A stretch of DNA of 34,632 nt, from the sequence record DRR723986_9353. One strand, 5' to 3'. Both the position numbers and the translations under genes were made by a program. Below are positions 1 to 7,984 of this stretch, piece by piece. The notes below the pieces were generated by a model. The model did not search any database. It was not told the origin of the DNA and saw nothing but the letters and a program-made list of their open reading frames with translations. Positions within the stretch are counted from its first letter, which is position 1. Each line of letters begins with the position of its first letter.

Positions 1-88
1 CACGCTAGCGCGTGGCGGCTGATAGTGCGGAATTGGAACAACCAGTAAAATGCACTCGGCCCGGGGACGCAAACTGCGATCGGAGTGA

Positions 89-888
89 TCACTGGGGCGG
101 ATCGGGTTGTTGCCAAGCACTCATGCCGCCATCAACGAGGTGAATCTGTCCGTTTACGTGGCTTGCTTCGTCGCTAAGAAGATACAGTGCAGGCGGGCCG
201 CAAACGTCAGCGGTTGGCACTCGTCCGTTGGGTGTGTGCAGTTTCATCCACGGAAGGAGTGCTCCCTGCGGGCTAAGTGCACCGGAGGTCAGTGGTGTAA
301 GTACCAACCCGGGAGCTAAACCGTTGACTCGAATCCCCCAAGGCGACAGGGCGACGCACAGGCTTCGAACCATCGCATGCACCGCCCCCTTGCTGGTGTC
401 GTAAGCCGAGTGGTCTTGCTCGCTCAGGATTCCATTGATCGATCCAGTGAACAGGACGCGGTACCAATCATTGGGCTTCCCTGCTCGCGACCAGGCTTTT
501 GCAAAAGTTTGCGTCAAAAAGTATCCCACCTCAACGTTAACACGCTGCGTCTGCTGGTACGTGTCAAAGTCCATCTGAAGGAACGGAACATCACGACAGA
601 TTCCTGCGTTGTTGACCAGCAGCGAGATCTCTTCAAGCGGGCAGACGCCGTTGACTTGATCAATCCAGCCAGCCAAGCCTCGACCGGCTTCGAAAAGTCG
701 ACGTAGAAGGCTTGCACCGAGGCACCCGCAGACTTGCACGCATCAATAGTGCGTTCTGCTTCAGCGTTGAGTTCCAAGCCGGTTAGCACGAGACTGCAGC
801 CCGCCCTGGCAAGCGACTTGGCGATTTCAGCCCCGACGCCTTGCGTGCCGCCGGTCACGAGTGCACAACGTTCATCAAGTCGAAACAT
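89..888 (-). pseudogene. SDR family (FabG-like) NAD(P)-dependent oxidoreductase, split by a frameshift near 660-690 (pseudogene or sequencing error)
   Basis: The N-terminal part (ATG 888: MFRLDERCALVTGGTQGVG, TGxxxGxG) is in ORF 514..984. The C-terminal part (LLVNNAG, catalytic S and YDTSK YxxxK, IRVNGLAPG, VDGG) is in a different frame, ORF 89..739. The two halves join into one ~266 aa SDR. Confidence 0.85.
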
Positions 889-925
889 AGCTTCTCCGGC
901 AACGCTTGACCAATCCAACGGTCGA

Positions 926-2956
926 CTATCGAAGTGGCTGCCGGGGGAAGGGCTGGGGGGACGCGAAATTGCGTTGTCGCCCATTTGGAACGTAACGGTT
1001 CTGATTGTACATTGGCAGGAACCGGTAATAGACTTCCAAGCACAGGCAGCTCATTGCCGTAGAGTATACACGACCGCCGTAGCCGCCCCACACCCGGTCC
1101 GGTGCCCAGCTACCCGCTTGCCGCCCCTGAACAGCCTGACTTTCGAGAAGTCGCTTTTTCAGGGCTGCGTTCCAGGTCTGCCAAGATTCATCTTGTAGCT
1201 GGAACATGGCAAGCGTTGCGTAATACCAATAGTAGACGTTATCTTGCTCGGCGCCCGGCAGATTGCTGGTCAGCGCTGCGACCGCTTCGGCTTGCTGTGC
1301 AGGAGCAATGGTACGCTCGAGCAACAGGTTGCACGCGAGTGCTTCGGCAGTCATCGTTACGCTTGGACGACCATCGCCGGGCAAGTAAGTTGCCAGTCCT
1401 CCGCTGCGTCCGGCTTCGCACGACTGCAAGAACTGCGACATTCGTTGTTGGACAGGCGCGGGGATCGCAATGCCCGCCCTCTGGACGCTCTTCAGTGCCA
1501 TCGCTTGCCATCCAAACTGACTCAGGTCTCCACCAATTCGAGGTTTGTACCGCCAACCACCGGTTTTCAGATCCTGGGCGTTGATGGTGTACTGAGCAGC
1601 CCTGAGAACTGGCTCGCGCAGATTCTCGTCCTTGGTCATCGTGTAAGCTTCGGCCAGTGCCAGGGTTGCAATGCCGTGGCAGTACATCCTGGCGTTGATC
1701 ACTGCGGGCGAATCGCCAATCTGTTTCCGTCCGGACAAGTCCCCGGAAGGCATCTGCGAGTCAATCAAGTAACGCAGCCCCGATGCGACAGTCTGCTTGT
1801 GATCGCCGTCAAGATGTGTGTGGCCTGCCGAGAGGAATGCCAAAAGTGCCAGCCCCGATATGCCGGTATCAGCCTTTCCACCCGTGCCATATCGACTCTG
1901 CCCTAAAGCGTAAGTTTCCTTCCCGGCACCGTGGGCCGCGGCGACCCATGCGCCGGATGGATCTTGCGCGGAAGCCAACCATTTCAAAGCCGAAGTAACA
2001 GCGGCCTCCGTGTCGGCGTCCGCTCCGAATGCCGATGCAATTTGCAGTTTAGATGGCGATTGTCGCAATTTGTATTCATCGGGCAATTGCGGGCTGTTCT
2101 GCGGCGCTGCTGGAAGTGAAGACGCGAGGCTTTGTCGCGTAGCTGTTGCCGCCTGCGTTTGTGCTCGAAGCGTGGCCGAAGCAGGGTTCTGGTTTGTGGG
2201 TGCGCGAGGCGCTGTCGCAGAGTTGACCAATGCGGCAGAAGGCTCAACGGCGGCGGGTGGTTCGAGTTCCGGCAGCGGATCGGGAAGTGGCTGTGGCTCT
2301 GGAAGTAGTTCCAATTCTGCCAGCTCAGGTAGCTGGATGTCTTCCATCAACGAATCTGCTTCCGCGTCCAGCAACGCGTCAAGAGCCTGGGTGTCGCTGG
2401 CGTCAAGCAGCTCGATGTCATCTTGCGGGAGCTGTGCTTCCCAAGGCGCTGGTGCACGATCAGACACTTCAGACTGCTGACCAATGTCCAGGGCGTCGGT
2501 GGCTGCCGTGTCCGTAGCATTGAGTGCTTGATCTCTGTCGCCATTTCGATCATCGTCCTCACCTGAATCGCGGGACGGGCTTCCTTGCGGTGATGAACTA
2601 CCGTCGCCAAGTGCTGATTGAAGCGCTCGCTCGTAGGCTTCCGCGCCGGCTGTGTCGGCCGTCAGGTTGTCCTCGAAGCTGACCATTACTTCTTCGCGGC
2701 TACCATCTGGACGCCCCTGAGGTAGGGTGCTGCGAGTGCCGAGGGCGTACATCAGCAGCCAAACATGCGCTAGAACACTGAGCGCTACGCATTTCGTCAA
2801 CGGCTTGGTCTGTCCCCACTTCGTCCGCGACAGTAGGAAGAGGGCAACCGCCAGGAGGGCGAAGGCAATGCCTAGGCCAATAACAATCCATCGCGCCGTC
2901 GATACGTACGCCCACGCCTGGTAGATCCAGTCGAGTAGTTGGTCGTACACGGACAT
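926..2956 (-). CDS. Membrane-anchored prenyltransferase/squalene-oxidase-repeat (alpha/alpha barrel) protein with two N-terminal TM helices and a long acidic/Pro-rich linker
   Basis: 676 aa ORF. QW-like repeats LKWLASAQDPSGAW, LRYLIDSQMPSGDL, AQYTINAQDLKTGGWRY and LLESQAVQGRQAGSW, plus YYWYY and GGRVYSTAMSCLCLEVYYR. No DxDD cyclase motif. Hydrophobic helices at aa ~23-42 and ~56-73. Confidence 0.8.
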   Translation of the reverse strand: MSVYDQLLDWIYQAWAYVSTARWIVIGLGIAFALLAVALFLLSRTKWGQTKPLTKCVALSVLAHVWLLMYALGTRSTLPQGRPDGSREEVMVSFEDNLTADTAGAEAYERALQSALGDGSSSPQGSPSRDSGEDDDRNGDRDQALNATDTAATDALDIGQQSEVSDRAPAPWEAQLPQDDIELLDASDTQALDALLDAEADSLMEDIQLPELAELELLPEPQPLPDPLPELEPPAAVEPSAALVNSATAPRAPTNQNPASATLRAQTQAATATRQSLASSLPAAPQNSPQLPDEYKLRQSPSKLQIASAFGADADTEAAVTSALKWLASAQDPSGAWVAAAHGAGKETYALGQSRYGTGGKADTGISGLALLAFLSAGHTHLDGDHKQTVASGLRYLIDSQMPSGDLSGRKQIGDSPAVINARMYCHGIATLALAEAYTMTKDENLREPVLRAAQYTINAQDLKTGGWRYKPRIGGDLSQFGWQAMALKSVQRAGIAIPAPVQQRMSQFLQSCEAGRSGGLATYLPGDGRPSVTMTAEALACNLLLERTIAPAQQAEAVAALTSNLPGAEQDNVYYWYYATLAMFQLQDESWQTWNAALKKRLLESQAVQGRQAGSWAPDRVWGGYGGRVYSTAMSCLCLEVYYRFLPMYNQNRYVPNGRQRNFASPQPFPRQPLR

Positions 2957-3014
2957 GTTTGGCCCCTGCTAGGGACAATTGCCAGACGGCTGGCAAGGTG
3001 GACAAAATAACGAA

Positions 3015-3440
3015 CTAGCGAATCGTCGCTGATTGCCTGGCGGCGGTTGTGGAAACATCTTTAACGCCAGCTCGACTGGCTGCACCAAAGGCAGTAACAA
3101 CGTGCTGGTACTTTGCGTTTGCATCTGCTCGAACGACAACTCGCAAGTCTGGATAGCTACTCCGCATCTGCGCAAGTTGGCCGGTCAGTTGCTCTGCAGT
3201 TACGTTCTGGCCATCCAGGTGCAACGTGCCATCGGCCGAAACGGTGATTTCACGACGATCGGGAGGCGCGAGCATTGTGCTGATTGCTCCGGCTCCTGGC
3301 AGTGTAATGGCGATGTCCCGCTCACTCTCGGTGAATTGAGTGCCAACCATGAAGAAGATGATGAGCAGGAAAACAACGTCAATCATCGGCGTTAGGTTAA
3401 CGCTGGGCAATTCTTCAGTTCTATTCGTCTTCAGTGGCAT
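3015..3440 (-). CDS. exbD: Biopolymer transport protein ExbD/TolR
   Basis: NLTPMIDVVFLLIIFFMV TM helix with the conserved Asp, and periplasmic VVVRADANAKYQHVV motif. Start moved to ATG 3440 (MPLKT) to avoid overlap with exbB. Confidence 0.92.
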   Translation of the reverse strand: MPLKTNRTEELPSVNLTPMIDVVFLLIIFFMVGTQFTESERDIAITLPGAGAISTMLAPPDRREITVSADGTLHLDGQNVTAEQLTGQLAQMRSSYPDLRVVVRADANAKYQHVVTAFGAASRAGVKDVSTTAARQSATIR

Positions 3441-3513
3441 CGTTCGGTCCGAATGGAGCCGGTTCTTGGTCCGGCAAGTTAGGCTTGCACAACTCGACAG
3501 CGAAGGCTGCGTG

Positions 3514-4503
3514 CTAGGCTGCGGCGCGTCGTGAACGAGAACGCCCACGTCCACCAGTCTCGTTCAACGCTTCAGCGCTGATGGTGTCGACCAAAGTTTG
3601 TGCGTAACCATCCATTTCAATAGTCAGTTGATCGGCTCTCCCGACGAAGAACGCGTAGGCCGCATACGCTGGAATCGCAACACAAAGACCTGCGGCGGTG
3701 CTAAGCAGGGCGGCGCCAATACCACTTGCCAACAACTCGGGGCGTCCCATGGCGTCGGCCGAGGCGATCGTGTTGAAGGCATCGATCATTCCGAGCACAG
3801 TTCCTAGTAGCCCCAGCAGCGGAGCTAGGTTGCTGATTGCATTGAACAGACGAAGGTACTTTCGCAGGCCAGCAGTAACTCGCTCGCCGCTGTCCACGAC
3901 CGCCTGCTCAACCTCGACGGCTGGCCGCCCCCATTTTTTCAATGCGCCGGAAAAGAGCTCTGCAATGGGGCTGCCGTTTTCATCACACAGCGCGACCGCA
4001 TCATCTTTTTCTAGCTGTTGCTGCTCGAGCTGCTCGATCACACCGCGAACAAAGGGCTTGGGAATCACGCGACTGCGCCGGAGGTACATCGATCGCTCAA
4101 ACACGAAAACCAACAGCACGATCGAGCTTGCCACAATCGGCAGCATCAGCACGCCGCCCTCGCGAATGATACTGAGGAAGTTACCAATATGAATCGATGC
4201 TTCTGATTCCGCATCAGCTTCGGTATCACTATCTGCACTGTCCGCTCCCAAAGCGGCCGGGTCGGTAGGCAGGCCAGAACCGTTCACTACGCCGGGGCCG
4301 GAATTGGTAGCGATTCGAGTCGGCTGGGCAGCCGCTCCATAGTTATTCTGCGGCGGTGGGGCACCGAAACCATTGTTCTGCGGTAGTGCTGGCGGAGGCG
4401 CATATTGGGCGAGCACCTCTGAAGGTTGGCAGAGGAGCAGTGCCAGGCCAGTCCAGACCAGAAAGCTTAGTTTTTTGATTTCCATATCTTCAAACCAATC
4501 CAT
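3514..4503 (-). CDS. exbB: MotA/TolQ/ExbB proton channel family protein with signal peptide and N-terminal extension
   Basis: GGVLMLPI...FERS, APLLGLLGTVLGMIDAF and GIGAALLSTAAGLCVAIPA motifs. Lies directly upstream of exbD. Confidence 0.92.
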   Translation of the reverse strand: MDWFEDMEIKKLSFLVWTGLALLLCQPSEVLAQYAPPPALPQNNGFGAPPPQNNYGAAAQPTRIATNSGPGVVNGSGLPTDPAALGADSADSDTEADAESEASIHIGNFLSIIREGGVLMLPIVASSIVLLVFVFERSMYLRRSRVIPKPFVRGVIEQLEQQQLEKDDAVALCDENGSPIAELFSGALKKWGRPAVEVEQAVVDSGERVTAGLRKYLRLFNAISNLAPLLGLLGTVLGMIDAFNTIASADAMGRPELLASGIGAALLSTAAGLCVAIPAYAAYAFFVGRADQLTIEMDGYAQTLVDTISAEALNETGGRGRSRSRRAAA

Positions 4504-4531
4504 GGTTGCGTTTGCTGAGCTGCCGCGCCCG

Positions 4532-5902
4532 TTAGCGTTTGAGCGAGCCCTTCGCAGTACTCTGTATTCCAGTTTCTAATGCGGCGATGCGGCGGTTAGC
4601 CTCTTCCGCTTGGCTACCCGTTTCGGTCTGATCCAAGTAACGGCGATAGGCTGCGATGGAACCTGCAGAATCTCCCAAATGCTCATAGCATCGTGCTAGC
4701 TGAAACAATGCGTTACCGCGCCACTTCCCGTGTGCTTGTTCCGCACACGCAAGGCGGTAGTGATTCACCGCACCGCTGAAGTCGCGTTGCATTACGGCGA
4801 TTTCACCCAGCATCCAGGCTGCTCGCGCAAAAGTTTCATCACTTGGTTGAGCCGAGTCGCGAATCGTTGCCAAGGTTTGCTTTGCGGTTGCGAAGTCAAT
4901 TTTGGCGATCGCTACACGTGCTGCTAAGAAACGGTATTCGTCGTTGAGCGAGTCATCTCGGACAAATGCGATGTACTTTTTCAGAGTTTCTTCGCTCGCT
5001 TGAAGCTGTTTGGCCTGGAGTAGAGCTTCGGCGTGTCTCAGTCCTAATCGCGGTAGGTTGACCGATAGGGCGGCCGCGGCAGCTTCGATTTCCAAACCCG
5101 TTGCCTCGAGCAGCTCACCTATGGCGGACGCTTGGTCCAACCCAATTCTTGGTTGCTGCATCGCAACGGCACTTTCCAGCAGCAGCATGCGGAGCATAGC
5201 CTGCTTGGGTGGCGTCGACCGACCTAGCAAGTCACTTGAGGATAGCATCGACATGCATCTCGAGTGCTCGCCAGACGCGAAACTCTTGGATACTCGGTTC
5301 AGCAAGATATGATCGTCAAGCTTTCTTCCCGACTCGGTACGTTGCAGTTCAGGCGTCATCTCAACGGCGGCTGCGTCATAATCGCCACGCGAGCAAAGCG
5401 ATTTTACAAGCCGCAGCCGAACAGCCTGGGAAATTTTCCGCAGCGTATCGCCGGCAGATTGCGGTACTTTGTTCTGTTCGATCGCGGCCAGTAATCGTCG
5501 CGAGATGGCTTCGTATTCTTCTGGAGAATGTATTGAGCCCCTCGTCAGCGCGACATAGCAGCTATGGAAGTACTGTGGCGAGTAGTCAGGGGGAACCTTG
5601 CCAGCAAGCCGTTCGCTCTTGAGCGAATCGAGAAGTAGTTGATGGCGACCCGAACGCACCATTGCATCCGGGAGCCTCTCCTGCACGACTCGATGCATAG
5701 CAGGGTCGGCACTGTCACTCAGCGTAGTTAGAGTGGCGACAACCTCGTCGACCTGGCCGGATGCAACTGCGGCTACGACCGCGTTGTATGCTGTGCGGTC
5801 TGCTTCTGAGAGGCTTTCCTGCGCCTGAGCCGATGGCATACCGTGCAGAAAGCTAGCAAAGCTAATAACGAGCGCAAGTAGAGCGCAACGAATTTTGACC
5901 AC
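4532..5902 (-). CDS. Exported tetratricopeptide-repeat protein (C-terminal TPRs, CpoB/YbgF-like pattern)
   Basis: Signal peptide ending AQA-Q. C-terminal TPR patterns (AAWMLGEIAVMQRDFSGAVNHYR, ALFQLARCYEHLGDSAGSIAAYRRY). GGAGG SD precedes the GTG start, and the gene is 28 bp upstream of exbB. Confidence 0.75.
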   Translation of the reverse strand: MVKIRCALLALVISFASFLHGMPSAQAQESLSEADRTAYNAVVAAVASGQVDEVVATLTTLSDSADPAMHRVVQERLPDAMVRSGRHQLLLDSLKSERLAGKVPPDYSPQYFHSCYVALTRGSIHSPEEYEAISRRLLAAIEQNKVPQSAGDTLRKISQAVRLRLVKSLCSRGDYDAAAVEMTPELQRTESGRKLDDHILLNRVSKSFASGEHSRCMSMLSSSDLLGRSTPPKQAMLRMLLLESAVAMQQPRIGLDQASAIGELLEATGLEIEAAAAALSVNLPRLGLRHAEALLQAKQLQASEETLKKYIAFVRDDSLNDEYRFLAARVAIAKIDFATAKQTLATIRDSAQPSDETFARAAWMLGEIAVMQRDFSGAVNHYRLACAEQAHGKWRGNALFQLARCYEHLGDSAGSIAAYRRYLDQTETGSQAEEANRRIAALETGIQSTAKGSLKR

Positions 5903-6115
5903 CGTTCCGCCTCCCTGCTTTCGGTGAAAATTTCTGGAGCCGCACGACGCGGCCGGTACTAATATCGACTTTTAGCTGCCACGGCGATTGGAAACAAGAC
6001 AACCTGCGGGTTCTAGGGATAAAGCAACTTCTCCGTAACTACCGCAAAGATGGTTGCCGCAGTCTGCCTGATGGCATTGGCGTCAAACCGGCACGAAACG
6101 CAACGTGCCCGCGCC

Positions 6116-7771
6116 CTACCTGGGCTCGATCGCCAGTAGGGAACTCGTGCCGCCTTGAAACTTGTCGTCGATGACCCAGGCATTTCGAAGCAAGATGTAG
6201 AGCGTCCCGTCCTTTGAGAATCGCAAGTCCACCGGGCGTCTCAGACCGCTAGCAAAATCGCTCGCTTCACGTCCGTTTGCGGGATCAATCGTGTGGAGCC
6301 ACCCGTGCTTGAAATCTGCGAAGAAATATCGGCCCCGCATGTCCTGCGGCCAATTGCCTGCTATCGCAATGGCATCAGTTAGAAAGTCGCCGCCCGAAAT
6401 CGAAGCCTCTGGGTACCAGTGAATCGGATCTTCAAACTCGGGCCGCTTAGCACGCCCATGTTGGACGATTGGCCATGCGTAGTTGCCTCCGGCTTTGCCG
6501 ACGTTAATCTCCTCGTACTTACCTCCCACATCGTTGATCAGCATCAGCCCGTCTTCGCGAATCGCGAATGTAAACGGATTGCGCATGCCGTAGCCCCAGA
6601 TCGCTTGGTACTTGCCTTCGGTTTGGTCCAGCAGCGGATTGTCCTCAGGAATGCTTCCGTCGGCGTTGATTCGCAACATCTTTCCCAAGAAAGTGTCGAG
6701 ATCCTGGGAAGGTGATCCAGCAGTTTGTTCGCCGATCGCGATGTAGAGTTTCCCGTCTGGACCAAAGTGCAAAGCGCCTCCTTGGTGACCAGCAGGCACG
6801 TTACCGCCCATTTTCGATTGGTCATCACCTTCCAAGAGCACCAACTCGGAGGCCGGATCGGCAACATCGCCGCTCACTGTGAAGCGGCTGATGCGGTGGT
6901 GCGAATACGGTTCCTTGTTCGTCCAGCAGACATACACAAAGGGTTGTTTCGGAAAACCAGGATCAACCGTCACCCCGATAACACCTCGTTCCCACAGGTG
7001 ATCAACGTCCAGTTCGATGAGTGGCTGATCGAGCAGCACGCCGTCTTTGATGACTCGCACTGCACCAATTTGTTCGCAAACAAGAATTCGGCCATCGTCC
7101 AATACTTCCAAAGCAGTACCGCCAGAAAGGTTGGTTGCAATTGTTCTGACTTCGAAATTCTCTGGCAGATTAATCGGCCCAGAAATTTCACTGCCAGCGC
7201 CCGACTTACCTCCGCTTCGGAGCGTTTCAAGGTAAGCGAGTAGATCAGTGAATTCTTCGCGGGTGAGGTTATCGGCGAGACCGCTGGGCATGACCGAGAG
7301 CTTGTCGTCCAGGACTTCGTCCACTTCCTCAATTGGGATCTTATGCAGCTTGGCGTCGTTGTCCGCTATTGTGATTTCTACATCCGAGCGTGCTCGAATG
7401 ACCCCGCGGATAACTTGCCCGCTCTCCAACAACACACTGCTGCTCCGATAGCCTTCCACAATCTGCTTGGAGGGCTCCAGAAGTGACTCAATCAAATGCG
7501 GCCGATCAAACTTGCCACCAATGCTCGAAAGATCTGGGCCGATTTCCGCGCCAGTTTTGCCAACCTTGTGGCACGATACGCACTTTGTCCGGGCTAAATC
7601 CGCGAACAGTGCTTTCCCCTTCTGGCTATCCCCTGCATTGCGCAGCGCAAACTGCTCAAGCTCACGATACTCCTCAGGCGTCGTTTCGGCCCCACGGACG
7701 CCAGAAAGAAAAACGGCTACGGAAAGGAGGGGCAGCACAGTGTAGTGAATTGTTTGTCGCATGCGGTGCAT
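6116..7771 (-). CDS. PVC-type heme c (CxxCH) domain fused to a PQQ-dependent sugar dehydrogenase-like (GSDH) beta-propeller
   Basis: Signal peptide, then CVSCH...IGPDLSSIG...LIESLLEPS...SVMPSGL (Pirellula/Verrucomicrobia cytochrome domain). This is followed by ERGVIGVTVDP, HQGGALHFGPDGKLYIAIGE, GKMLRINADGSIPEDNP and YGMRNP, typical of the sGDH/GSDH family. Start uncertain (7771 or 7762). Confidence 0.85.
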   Translation of the reverse strand: MHRMRQTIHYTVLPLLSVAVFLSGVRGAETTPEEYRELEQFALRNAGDSQKGKALFADLARTKCVSCHKVGKTGAEIGPDLSSIGGKFDRPHLIESLLEPSKQIVEGYRSSSVLLESGQVIRGVIRARSDVEITIADNDAKLHKIPIEEVDEVLDDKLSVMPSGLADNLTREEFTDLLAYLETLRSGGKSGAGSEISGPINLPENFEVRTIATNLSGGTALEVLDDGRILVCEQIGAVRVIKDGVLLDQPLIELDVDHLWERGVIGVTVDPGFPKQPFVYVCWTNKEPYSHHRISRFTVSGDVADPASELVLLEGDDQSKMGGNVPAGHQGGALHFGPDGKLYIAIGEQTAGSPSQDLDTFLGKMLRINADGSIPEDNPLLDQTEGKYQAIWGYGMRNPFTFAIREDGLMLINDVGGKYEEINVGKAGGNYAWPIVQHGRAKRPEFEDPIHWYPEASISGGDFLTDAIAIAGNWPQDMRGRYFFADFKHGWLHTIDPANGREASDFASGLRRPVDLRFSKDGTLYILLRNAWVIDDKFQGGTSSLLAIEPR

Positions 7772-7984
7772 TATGATGTTTAAGTGATCCTGGGAGATAT
7801 GCATCGTGTGGAGGCATTGATGGCTGCCCAATCGGGCGTGCTGCCTCGATAGCGGAGCCTATTTTACCCTCCGCCATCGCGATAATGTATCATGCAGGCC
7901 AGATAAGCATACAAGTTCTGCCAACCAACGCATTCGGGTGGTCGGCAAGCAGCAATAAACCTCAAGCGACATGCGGAGCCCACG

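Noticed and set aside
1-88. Possible 3' end of a plus-strand gene (frame 1 ends TAA at 46-48)
   Set aside because: Too short to support.
514-984. Independent 156 aa and 216 aa genes at 514..984 and 89..739
   Set aside because: They are complementary halves of a single SDR.
926-2956. Calling this gene a true squalene-hopene cyclase (shc)
   Set aside because: It has only one barrel of ~350 aa, no DxDD motif, and a membrane anchor plus linker that SHC lacks.
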